From Patescibacteria group bacterium (GTDB taxonomy: Bacteria > Patescibacteriota > Patescibacteriia > S139-126 > S139-133): a stretch of DNA of 64,000 nt. Shown here piece by piece: positions 53,319-62,617 of the stretch (position 1 is the stretch's first letter; every line of letters starts with the position of its first letter). The stretch is from the NCBI GenBank assembly GCA_049604715.1, contig JBMYTV010000001.1:91610-155609 (forward strand). Reading direction: 5' to 3'. The position numbers and the translations under genes were made by a program. The notes below the pieces were generated by a model. The model ran no database searches and was not told the DNA's origin. It worked only from the letters and a program-made list of their open reading frames with translations.

Positions 53319-55577
53319 CTATTTTTTACGCCCTCGACCTCTTTTTGGCTTTTTTGCAGCTTCTTCTAGAAGCTCCTCACATTGTGCTTGTGTTAGACTT
53401 TCAGGCTCTGTATCTTTTGGAATCTTAGCATTTGTTTTACCATCGGTAATATATGGACCATATCTGCCATGTTGTACAATGATGTCTGTGCCTTCAAATG
53501 TTTTGATGATTTTTTCAGCTTCTTTTTTCTTGTATTCAGCTACAAGCTCTCGGGCACGCGCTTCTTCAATTTCGTATGGGTCATCTTCTTTTAGTGAAAT
53601 ATATTTTTTGCCAAGTTGTAGATATGGACCATATCGACCAATATTTACAATAATGTCACCATCATCAGTATCAGAGTAGACAACGCGGGGAAGTTTTAGT
53701 AGATGAAGCGCTTGATCGAGTGTAATGGTTTCAATAGAGAGCTCTTTTGGAATTGATGCAAAAACTGGCTTTTCTTCATCATCCTTTGAGCCATGTTGTA
53801 CAAATGGTCCAAAGCGGCCAATACGCACGTAAATAGGCTTATCCGTTTCAGGATGTTTGCCAAGTTCTTTCATTTCTGTTGCTTCTTCCTTAGTAATGCT
53901 CTCTTCTTTTTCTTCAATTGTGGCGTGAAATGGTTTGTAAAATTTTTGTAGCATAGTGACACGTTCTAAGTTTCCATTTGATATTTCGTCAAATTCATTT
54001 TCGACCTCTGCGGTAAAATCAAAGTCAACAATATTTGGGAAATGCTCTACAAGGAGGTCAGTTACAAGCTTTGCAACATCAGTTGGTTTCAATGCATTGC
54101 CTTCTTTGTATACGTAGTTGCGAGCTTGTACTGTACTGATCGTAGGTGCATACGTAGATGGACGACCAATGCCAAGCTCTTCTAGTTTCTTAACCAAACT
54201 TGCCTCAGTGTATCGCCCTGGCGGCTGAGTAAAGTGTTGTTCTGGTCGGATTTTTTCAAGCTTTAGTGTTTGTCCTTTTTCTACCTGAGGAAGTTCGTTT
54301 TCTTGAATCTTATCTGGATATACTTTGAGCCAACCTGGGAAATCAATAACTGAGCCACTTACTCTAAATGTATATACATTAGCAGCGATAGCAATGGTTG
54401 TTTGTTTGGTCTTGGCTGGTTTCATTTGACTTGCGACCGCGCGCTGCCAGATAAGTTGATACAACTTAAACTGTTTGCTATCAAGATGAGTTTTTATACT
54501 CTCTGGTGTACGACTGGCACTTGTAGGTCTGACTGCTTCGTGGGCTTCTTGGGCATTTTTAGTTTTGCCAGCAAATTGTTTTACCTCTACGTATTCTTTA
54601 CCGTATTCAGACTCAACATGTGATGCTGCCTCTGCCTGAAAGCGTTTTGCTAGGGTTGTTGAGTCAGTACGCATGTATGTGATCAAACCAACAGCACCTT
54701 CGCTACCAAGGTCAATGCCTTCGTATAATTGTTGTGCTAGTACCATTGTTTGTTTTGCTGAATATCCAAGTATAGTATTAGCAGCTTGCTGTAGGGTTGA
54801 TGTAGTAAATGGCGGGTATGGTTTTTTATTGACTGTCTTTTGTGTAATGTCGTCTACAGTAAATGGCTCTTTTTCAAGTTTTTTTACAATCTCTGTAGCA
54901 TCCTTTTCGTTGTTAATTGCAAACTTGTCTAGAGTTTTACCATCTTTTTTTGCAAGTACCGCTTCAAAGTTGTCTTTGTCATTATTCAACAGAGCATGGA
55001 TTGACCAGTATTCTTGTGGGTCAAATGCTTCAATTTCGCGTTCACGTTCTACGATAAGTCTGACGGCAACAGATTGTACGCGACCAGCAGATAATCCGCG
55101 GGCAATTTTCTTCCAAAGAAGAGGAGATAGTTCGTATCCTACAAGTCTATCAAGAATACGGCGAGCTTGCTGCGCTTCTACAAGGTTGAAATCAATAGTT
55201 CGAGGGCTTTCAAGTGATTCAAGAATGGCTTCTTTAGTAATTTCATGAAATACTATTCGCTTGATTTTGTCCTCTGGGGCCTCAAAGATCTGTTGTAAGT
55301 GCCATGAAATAGCCTCACCTTCGCGATCTTCATCAGTAGCATAATAAATTTCACTAGCTTTATTGGCTAGCTTTTTTAGTTCTGTGACCTTTTTTTGTTT
55401 GTCTTTAGGGATTACATAGTCAGGTGAAAAGTCACCATCGACATCAACGCCCATTTTGCTTTTTGGTAAGTCTCTGATGTGACCAAAAGAAGACATAACA
55501 GTAAATTCTTTGCCTAAGAACTTACTTATAGTCTTTGCTTTGGTTGGAGACTCTACAATTACTAGTTTGTCTGCCAT
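53319..55577 (-). CDS. topA: DNA topoisomerase I
   Basis: TOPRIM N-terminus MADKLVIVESPTKAKTISKFLG. Active-site Tyr region. 752 aa with a Lys/Arg-rich tail instead of multiple Zn ribbons. Confidence 0.95.
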   Translation of the reverse strand: MADKLVIVESPTKAKTISKFLGKEFTVMSSFGHIRDLPKSKMGVDVDGDFSPDYVIPKDKQKKVTELKKLANKASEIYYATDEDREGEAISWHLQQIFEAPEDKIKRIVFHEITKEAILESLESPRTIDFNLVEAQQARRILDRLVGYELSPLLWKKIARGLSAGRVQSVAVRLIVEREREIEAFDPQEYWSIHALLNNDKDNFEAVLAKKDGKTLDKFAINNEKDATEIVKKLEKEPFTVDDITQKTVNKKPYPPFTTSTLQQAANTILGYSAKQTMVLAQQLYEGIDLGSEGAVGLITYMRTDSTTLAKRFQAEAASHVESEYGKEYVEVKQFAGKTKNAQEAHEAVRPTSASRTPESIKTHLDSKQFKLYQLIWQRAVASQMKPAKTKQTTIAIAANVYTFRVSGSVIDFPGWLKVYPDKIQENELPQVEKGQTLKLEKIRPEQHFTQPPGRYTEASLVKKLEELGIGRPSTYAPTISTVQARNYVYKEGNALKPTDVAKLVTDLLVEHFPNIVDFDFTAEVENEFDEISNGNLERVTMLQKFYKPFHATIEEKEESITKEEATEMKELGKHPETDKPIYVRIGRFGPFVQHGSKDDEEKPVFASIPKELSIETITLDQALHLLKLPRVVYSDTDDGDIIVNIGRYGPYLQLGKKYISLKEDDPYEIEEARARELVAEYKKKEAEKIIKTFEGTDIIVQHGRYGPYITDGKTNAKIPKDTEPESLTQAQCEELLEEAAKKPKRGRGRKK

Positions 55578-55637
55578 AAAGTGCGTAAAAAATAAACTAG
55601 TATGTGTTATAACGAAAAACTTTTATTCTGTCAAAAA

Positions 55638-56729
55638 TTATACAATTTTGACGTACTGCCGTCCGCCAGTATCAGTGATGTACCCTTTCATTTCTAGGTG
55701 GGTAATAAGGCGTGCTGTACTTGCTGCATCAAGGCCTGTTTTTTGTACAATAGAGTCAAATGAGGTAGGTTCAAATGATATAAATGCATAAAGAGCCTCC
55801 TCTTGTTCAGTAAGTAGATCGCGGGGTATTGCTTTGTCTTTCATGCTATGATCAGAGATTCCTAAAAGAGAAAGCACATCATCAGCAGAGGATACGACAG
55901 CCGCGCCTTTTTGAAGTAGTGCATGGCATCCAGTAGACAGTGGTGAGAACATAGAGCCAGGCACTGCTCCAACTGATCGGTTGTATTCTAGTGCTTGGTA
56001 GGCAGTGATATTTGCTCCTGACTTTTGTGCTGCTTCAATAACCAAGGTTGCCTGAGAAAGTCCAGCTATGATTCGGTTTCGTTGCGGAAAATGAGTTTTT
56101 AGAGGGGTTGCGCCTATAGGTCTCTCTGATACAAGCAGTCCACCCTCACTTATAATCTTTTTAGCTATGAATCTATTGTGAGATGGGTATATGCTGTTGG
56201 TATCAAGGCCAGATGCAAGTACAGCTATAGTACGTCCATTTCTGGTAAGGCATGTTGTATGTGCATGCGCATCAACTCCAAGAGCCAGTCCAGATACAAT
56301 AGTTGCCCCAGCACGTATAGCAGATGGTACAAGTGTTTCGACAACTTGTTTGCCATATGGTGACATTTTTCGTGTACCAACTACTGACAAAAGCAGCTCA
56401 TCGTCCCCAAGGTCGCCTTTGTAATATAGCACTGGGGGAGCGTCAGGAATTTCTTTAAGTAGTTTTGGATAGGCTTCATCTTCAAGTGTGACAGCAAGTA
56501 CTTTATTTTGTACAAGTTCTGCAATAAGGCTGTCAGGATTTACTTCACTGCGCCTGAGTGTAATCTCTTGGGCTATGTTAGATGGAATGCCGGCAGTTAT
56601 AAAGTCACCATGCGGGGCATGCCAGGCTTCTTCAAGTGAATTAAAGTGTTTACGTATTTTTTGAAAACGCACTGGGCCAATGTTTGGAATTTTTGTAAAC
56701 GCTAGCCAATACGATAGTTCTGAGTTCAT
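55638..56729 (-). CDS. dprA: DNA-processing protein DprA (Smf)
   Basis: N-terminal SAM-like LSYWLAFTKIPNIGPVRFQKI. Rossmann-like core. Classic dprA-topA arrangement. 363 aa. Confidence 0.9.
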   Translation of the reverse strand: MNSELSYWLAFTKIPNIGPVRFQKIRKHFNSLEEAWHAPHGDFITAGIPSNIAQEITLRRSEVNPDSLIAELVQNKVLAVTLEDEAYPKLLKEIPDAPPVLYYKGDLGDDELLLSVVGTRKMSPYGKQVVETLVPSAIRAGATIVSGLALGVDAHAHTTCLTRNGRTIAVLASGLDTNSIYPSHNRFIAKKIISEGGLLVSERPIGATPLKTHFPQRNRIIAGLSQATLVIEAAQKSGANITAYQALEYNRSVGAVPGSMFSPLSTGCHALLQKGAAVVSSADDVLSLLGISDHSMKDKAIPRDLLTEQEEALYAFISFEPTSFDSIVQKTGLDAASTARLITHLEMKGYITDTGGRQYVKIV

Positions 56730-56873
56730 ATGGTTCCCTCCTTCTTAATTAAGGTCATATTGTACCATTATATATAAGTGTGTGAATACCTTGACTATAT
56801 GCTTATTTTATGGTTTAAGGAAGATAGGTAGTATACCGTTCACATAAACGGCACTTAAGCCGGGAGGTATATA

Positions 56874-57125
56874 ATGAAAACTAAAAAAAAGAGAAGACGC
56901 AAACGCGAAAGTAGGAGGAAGGTAGTAAAGAGAAAAAGAGCAGTGAAGCGTAAGTCAGGAAATGAGTTTCGGGCACATTACAAACATGGAAGGCAACCGG
57001 GTGAAGTTCAATGCCCAGAGTGTAGCGGTACTATAAGTCATGACTCACCGCTTAATGCAGCGGGTGAGTGCCCACATTGCCGAGTTCGCGTACGCGATCG
57101 CCTTAACTTTCGTTGCTCAGCGTAG
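56874..57125 (+). CDS. small highly basic zinc-ribbon protein
   Basis: 83 aa. KKKRRRKRESRRKVVKRKRAVKRK N-terminus, then CPEC...CPHC. Stop overlaps the mfd 3' end by 9 nt (convergent). Confidence 0.45.
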   Translation: MKTKKKRRRKRESRRKVVKRKRAVKRKSGNEFRAHYKHGRQPGEVQCPECSGTISHDSPLNAAGECPHCRVRVRDRLNFRCSA

Positions 57126-60113
57126 TAGTTGAGCTAATTTTGTCAGCCAGTCGTCACCAAGATGACTGGTTTTAATTTTTAGTTCAGTGCCATCATAGAT
57201 AAAGTTGTCATTTTTATCTAGCAGAGATCGTATGTGTTTTTTATTTACATCAGGAACAAACTGCATTTTAATAAGCGCCTCAAAGGGGTCTTTTTTTTGT
57301 ACAAGCCCATGCATGGAGTAAATACCGAGCCGTTGGCAAGATATACGCAAGGTATGAATAGCTAAAATATTTTGTGCGTACTGCGACCGCGGGACAGGGA
57401 GTAGCCTGTCAGCTGCTTCTTTTAATTCATCAGTGTTTTTTGTATAAGCAAGTTCCTGATAAACGCGTAGTCGCTCGCCAATAGGCATGGCTGATTCATG
57501 TTCAAGCGTTGCTGGAATAGGTAGGTCAATGGTTGGGTCGATTGCATACACTTTTTCGTCTGTATTTTTTTCTTGAGTAATTGCTTCTTCTATTAGTTCA
57601 GTATAAAGCGCAAGTCCAACAGCTGCGATCTGACCATGTTGTTCTTTGCCAAGGAGATTGCCAGCACCACGGATTTCTAGATCACGGACTGCTATATCAA
57701 AGCCAGCGCCAAGCTCGTATGCTGACTGTAGGGCTTGGAGGCGTTTAGCTGCAATGCCTGATAGCTTTTGTTTTTGAAATAAGAAAAATGCATACCCTTG
57801 CGTTTCAGAGCGACCAATACGACCGCGCAATTGATAAAGTTGTGACAAACCAAAGTGGGCCGCATTATCTACGATCAGAGTATTTGCATTAGCAACATCA
57901 AGACCATTTTCGATGATGGTTGATGCAACAAGTACATCAAGCTTTCCTTGATCAAAGGCGCCCATAACGTGCGCTAGTTCTTTTGGAGGAAGTGAACCAT
58001 GAGCTACACCAATCCGTGCAGTTGGTACAAGTTTTTCTAATTGTTTCACAATACCAGGTATTTCTTTTACTTTTCGTACCAGGTAGTAGCACTGACCGTT
58101 TCGTTTCATTTCGCGTTCAATAGCGTCGCGGATAAGTTCTTTGTTGTGTGGGGTTATGCTCGTGGTTACAGGTAAGCGCCCAGGTGGCGGAGTTTGAATA
58201 ATAGAAATATCACGAATACCTGCTAGTGAATAGTTAAGTGTACGTGGGATTGGAGTTGCGGACAGAGAAAGTGTATGCAAGCGTGGCTTTGCTTTTTTAA
58301 GTTTTTCTTTGTCTTTCACGCCAAATTTCTGTTCTTCATCGACTATTAGCAGTTCAAGATTTTTAAATGATACATCTCGAGAAAGTAGTCGGTGAGTACC
58401 AATGATGATATCAACTTCTCCTGATTTTACTTTTTCAACTATTTCTTTTTGTTCTTTGCTTGTTTGCCAGCGTGATAGCAAGGAAACAGTAATTCCTCGT
58501 CCTGAAAGACGTTTGGCAAATGTATCAAAGTGTTGCTGTACAAGAATTGTTGTTGGCGCAAGTAGCGCAACCTGGCCACCGTGGAGTGCGATGCGATATG
58601 CAGAGCGTAAGGCAAGTTCAGTTTTGCCAAAGGCGACATCACCGCATAGTAGACGATCCATCGGATGACCAGACGCCAGGTCTGTATTGATATCAGAGAG
58701 CGCCTGTGATTGGTCGGGCGTGAGTTCATATGGAAAATCATCAGCTAAAGATTCTTCTTCAGGGAGTACTGCTAACGGACGGACACGTGCTAGTTGGCGC
58801 TTTGCTGAAAGCGCGATAATGTCATGGGCTATGAGTATAGTTTCTTCTCTGATTTTTTTAACAATTGATGGCCAGGTAGATCCTGAGAGTCTGTTAACTT
58901 TCGGGTGTGCCTCTCCGATGTACTTGGTTATTTTGTGTATTTGGTAGGGCGGTACATATAGCTTGTCTCCTTGAGCATAGGTGAGCATCAGGTATTCAAA
59001 TTCTATGTCATCAATGATTTGCGTCACCATACCGCTAAATCGTCCAACGCCATGATCTTGATGTACAACATACTCACCAACATTAAGAGAGCTGAGTAGT
59101 AGTTTGGTTTTTTTCGTATTTGTTTTTTTAATTTTTTGTTTTGCTTCAATAAAGCACGCAGTTTTAAAAAAGTGCGAATACCACGGAGTCATGTAGGGGA
59201 ATGGATCAACTATTGTTTTAGCACATGGAAACTTCGTTTTATTCGAAGTGATGGTTGTTTCAATATCAAGTGATTCTAACTTTTTCGACAAAAGACTCGC
59301 AGGAATTTTTGTAGGCAATTCAGTAAAGCCAAATGAGATAGCATGCTCGTGAGATCCCAAGGAAATTATTATTTGCTTTTTTGGCAGTTCCTTTTTGAGG
59401 AATGGTTGTATGAGTGTTTGTTCAGATAAAACTACTATACCTGCTGTTTTGAGCCACGATCCAAAAGAGAACACTGCTTCTTTTTCTTGCTGCGGGATGG
59501 TGAGTGATGTGATAGCCTCTTTCTTGTCATCAGTAATTTTTGCAATACTCTCTATAGTCTTATTATCTAGTGTTATCCGAATGTATGTATCAAATCCAAA
59601 TGGCCATATATCTATAACTGAGCCTCGAATAGAAAACATACCCTCTTCATGTATTGAGGAAACCTCAAAGAAGCCAAGTTTTAGTAGTAGTGATCGTATA
59701 GCTCGCGTACTTATCTGACTCTTTTTTGTCAGAGTGGTATATGTATCAGGGTCTGGTATATACGCTGTTTTTGCTTGTAGTTCTTGCGTTGTAGTTAGGA
59801 TTATCTCAGGCTGCTGGTTAAGTAGCGGCATAAGCCAAGGCGTAGATTCATCCTTGGTGTTAGTAATGGCATACGGATGGTTGTGGTATTGTTTCCAATA
59901 CTCAAGTAATAGTAGTGCTTTTTCGCGTTCTTGCTGCGTATGTAAACACCACAAAATGGCTGTTGGTGATTTCGGATGGGGGTCCGACAACAGCTTAGTT
60001 ATGACAAATGTTTGACTGGATAGATTGGGTACATCTGAGACAGTTGTTTGCTTCTGATTATGTATTGTCTGCCAAACATCTGCAATTTTAGCTTGTAGAT
60101 GTGTTTTTGTCAT
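57117..60113 (-). CDS. mfd: transcription-repair coupling factor
   Basis: 998 aa. Superfamily-2 helicase motifs (LLCGDVAFGKTELA, LLIVDEEQKFGV). RNA-polymerase-interacting and TRG-type C-terminal region. Confidence 0.9.
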   Translation of the reverse strand: MTKTHLQAKIADVWQTIHNQKQTTVSDVPNLSSQTFVITKLLSDPHPKSPTAILWCLHTQQEREKALLLLEYWKQYHNHPYAITNTKDESTPWLMPLLNQQPEIILTTTQELQAKTAYIPDPDTYTTLTKKSQISTRAIRSLLLKLGFFEVSSIHEEGMFSIRGSVIDIWPFGFDTYIRITLDNKTIESIAKITDDKKEAITSLTIPQQEKEAVFSFGSWLKTAGIVVLSEQTLIQPFLKKELPKKQIIISLGSHEHAISFGFTELPTKIPASLLSKKLESLDIETTITSNKTKFPCAKTIVDPFPYMTPWYSHFFKTACFIEAKQKIKKTNTKKTKLLLSSLNVGEYVVHQDHGVGRFSGMVTQIIDDIEFEYLMLTYAQGDKLYVPPYQIHKITKYIGEAHPKVNRLSGSTWPSIVKKIREETILIAHDIIALSAKRQLARVRPLAVLPEEESLADDFPYELTPDQSQALSDINTDLASGHPMDRLLCGDVAFGKTELALRSAYRIALHGGQVALLAPTTILVQQHFDTFAKRLSGRGITVSLLSRWQTSKEQKEIVEKVKSGEVDIIIGTHRLLSRDVSFKNLELLIVDEEQKFGVKDKEKLKKAKPRLHTLSLSATPIPRTLNYSLAGIRDISIIQTPPPGRLPVTTSITPHNKELIRDAIEREMKRNGQCYYLVRKVKEIPGIVKQLEKLVPTARIGVAHGSLPPKELAHVMGAFDQGKLDVLVASTIIENGLDVANANTLIVDNAAHFGLSQLYQLRGRIGRSETQGYAFFLFQKQKLSGIAAKRLQALQSAYELGAGFDIAVRDLEIRGAGNLLGKEQHGQIAAVGLALYTELIEEAITQEKNTDEKVYAIDPTIDLPIPATLEHESAMPIGERLRVYQELAYTKNTDELKEAADRLLPVPRSQYAQNILAIHTLRISCQRLGIYSMHGLVQKKDPFEALIKMQFVPDVNKKHIRSLLDKNDNFIYDGTELKIKTSHLGDDWLTKLAQLLR

Positions 60114-60157
60114 CAGTATTGAAAGTGTACCAATGAAGAATTATCAATGCAAATAAA

Positions 60158-60181
60158 ATACCGCCTATAAGCGGTTTTTTG
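60158..60181. terminator. bidirectional hairpin terminator between pth and mfd
   Basis: aaataaaat-accgc-ctataa-gcggt-tttttg. A-run and T-run on the two sides. Confidence 0.6.
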
Positions 60182-60358
60182 ATTATACACATCATGCTCG
60201 CTATCAGCGCAAGGGAAGTAGAGCATAAGCTTCACGTCCCTAGCTATAGGCTACTTGATGAGGGAGGAGGGGGCCCTTACCGTTCACCACTGATAGTGAG
60301 CATGATAGGTACAATCTTCTGGTACCTAATCTTAGGAAAGACCCGTAATTTTGTCAAC

Positions 60359-60958
60359 CTATGTTTTTGTGAGTATTGTGTGGAGTACTTTTGGAAGATC
60401 AGCAAAGACATGAGCAAATATAGTGTTCAGCTCATGTAGTTCATCACTAGAGAACGATTGCAGTACATATGCGTCAGTTGGAATGGTGTCTGATTTGCCA
60501 ACTCCGATGCGGATTCGAGTGATTTCTTTTGTCTTAAGTAGTCGTTGAATTGATCCTACTCCGCGGTGACCTGCGTCTCCTGAGTTTGTAGCCACTTTGT
60601 ATTCGCCAAATGGTATATCAACATCATCATGAATAACGACAACATGGTTCTTTGTGGTTTTATAAAAAGAGAGTAGCTTTTGTACTGTTTCGCCTGATTT
60701 ATTCATAAATGTACCAGGTTTAACAAGCATGAATTGCTGATTTTGCGCATTCACAGATGTAACAGTTGCTGTTAGTTTTTTCTGATCATGCCAGTCAGTT
60801 TGATCAAGCTTTCTTGCTATATAGTCGAGAAAAAGAAAGCCTACATTATGCCTTGTGTCTTCGTATTTAAGTCCTGGATTGCCAAGTCCCACTAGATAGA
60901 TTGTATCTTCATGCGCTTGAACGCTGTTTTCTTGAGATTTTGAAAAAAATGAGAACAT
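60359..60958 (-). CDS. pth: peptidyl-tRNA hydrolase
   Basis: IYLVGLGNPGLKYEDTRHNVGF. Start set at the internal Met so as not to overlap der. About 199 aa. Confidence 0.85.
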   Translation of the reverse strand: MFSFFSKSQENSVQAHEDTIYLVGLGNPGLKYEDTRHNVGFLFLDYIARKLDQTDWHDQKKLTATVTSVNAQNQQFMLVKPGTFMNKSGETVQKLLSFYKTTKNHVVVIHDDVDIPFGEYKVATNSGDAGHRGVGSIQRLLKTKEITRIRIGVGKSDTIPTDAYVLQSFSSDELHELNTIFAHVFADLPKVLHTILTKT

Positions 60959-60959
60959 G

Positions 60960-62303
60960 TTATTTGAGTGCTGTAATGTATATTTTGATCGGTACACCGT
61001 GGAAGCCAAATTGTTCACGTAGTTGATTTTCTAAAAAGCGAACATATGATCCATGAAGGGATCTTTGGTATTTTATCGTAAGTTCAAACACAGGCGGGTT
61101 TACTGATACTTGTCGCATACGGTAGATATATGGATGTGCCACGCCTTTATCGCGTGAGGGTTTGTGTCTTTTTATAACTTTCTTGATAAATTTATCGAGT
61201 GCATTGTCATCAATCTTTCGGAAACGTTCTTCCCAAACATCTAGTGTTACATCTAATATGTTTGATACGCGTTGGTTTTCCATAGCTGATGTAAATATAA
61301 TTGGTGCAAAGTCTAGGAACGGCAAGTTAGCGCGTATGTACTTTTCGTATTCGTTGATAGTATTAGTTTCTTTGTCCTGAATAAGATCCCACTTGTTGGC
61401 AATCAATATAACGCTATTGCCGGTTTCGATAACTCTCTCTGCTAAGTGCTTGTCCTGGTGACTAAGTCTCTTTGTAATATCAAGTACAAGTAGCGCAACA
61501 TGAGAGTGGCGTAGGTTTTTGAGAGAAAGATCAATGCTGTATTTTTCAATGAGATCTCCTTTTGTTTTTTTGCGTCTAATTCCTGCAGTGTCAATGATTT
61601 GGATGCGATGCTGTTTATAATCAATGTGAATGTCGTGCGCATCGCGGGTTGTGTGGGCAATGGGAGAGACGATAGCGCGCTTTTTTCCAGCTAGAGAATT
61701 TAATATAGAAGATTTGCCAACATTAGGCTGTCCGATGATGGCTAGTTTGATATCAGGATTTAGGATAGATTGGCCAGCTTCATCAGCTTCTTTGATATGA
61801 GGTATATACTTCAAAATTGCATCAAGCAGCTCATCAGTACCTTCGCCAGTAACAGCAGAAACAGGATAAAGGTCGTTGGTGCCGAGTGGTGATGCCTCAA
61901 GAAGGGCTTGGTCTCTCTCTTTAGTCTTATCAACTTTATTGATAGCTATGACTATCGGTTTGTTATATTTTTTACAAACAGAATAAAGTTCAGCATCAAA
62001 AGGCGTGAGTCCATCACGATGATCTATGACAATTACGATCATGTCAGCCTGATCAGCCTGTGTTTCAGCCTGCATGATTGTTTCTTCTTTTATATCCTCA
62101 TCTGACTCCTCTGATAGATAACCAGCTGTATCAATGAGTGAAAATGTTGCATCGCGCCACATAACAATACCTTGGTTATAGTCACGTGTGGTGCCGGCCA
62201 CTGGGCTTTCGAGTGCTTTGCGTTGTCCTACTAGGGTATTGAATAGTGTTGACTTTCCAACATTTACACGTCCAATAAGCGCAACTTGTGGTAGTTTTTT
62301 CAT
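60960..62303 (-). CDS. der: ribosome-associated GTPase Der (EngA), tandem GTPase domains plus KH-like domain
   Basis: Two G-domains, each with a G1 loop: ALIGRVNVGKSTLFN and AIIGQPNVGKSSILN. 447 aa. Confidence 0.95.
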   Translation of the reverse strand: MKKLPQVALIGRVNVGKSTLFNTLVGQRKALESPVAGTTRDYNQGIVMWRDATFSLIDTAGYLSEESDEDIKEETIMQAETQADQADMIVIVIDHRDGLTPFDAELYSVCKKYNKPIVIAINKVDKTKERDQALLEASPLGTNDLYPVSAVTGEGTDELLDAILKYIPHIKEADEAGQSILNPDIKLAIIGQPNVGKSSILNSLAGKKRAIVSPIAHTTRDAHDIHIDYKQHRIQIIDTAGIRRKKTKGDLIEKYSIDLSLKNLRHSHVALLVLDITKRLSHQDKHLAERVIETGNSVILIANKWDLIQDKETNTINEYEKYIRANLPFLDFAPIIFTSAMENQRVSNILDVTLDVWEERFRKIDDNALDKFIKKVIKRHKPSRDKGVAHPYIYRMRQVSVNPPVFELTIKYQRSLHGSYVRFLENQLREQFGFHGVPIKIYITALK

Positions 62304-62617
62304 ACTTGTATATTAGCAAAAATCAGGAAAAAAAATAGTCTTGTGCTGCCGAACTGTAACTTTTTTTATACTTGTTCGTCAACTGCTATGTAGGATACTA
62401 ATTTATACATTATGATTATTATGCACACAACCAAGCAGTATATCGCGCCAGTGCCAGTTGGCCTTGTTCAGGCTGGGCGAGATACTACTAGCGTAAGGTG
62501 TGCTTATGATATAACTTAAAAATAGTGACTAAAGTTGAGTTGTTTCAGAAGCCTGCCTTATTTTAGAGGGAGGTTTAATCGTTAACAACCACATAATAAC
62601 CTAAAAAGAGGAAAGTT

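Noticed and set aside
54673-55248. 191-aa plus-strand ORF inside topA
   Set aside because: Antisense to DNA topoisomerase I, which has unambiguous homology. No independent support.
58402-58947. Three short ORFs inside and antisense to mfd
   Set aside because: Embedded in a gene with strong helicase motifs. No RBS or conservation signals.
60960-61018. Longer pth ORF (start at 61018) overlapping der by 59 nt
   Set aside because: Pth homology begins near IYLVGLGNPG. The internal Met at 60958 gives a non-overlapping 199-aa protein.
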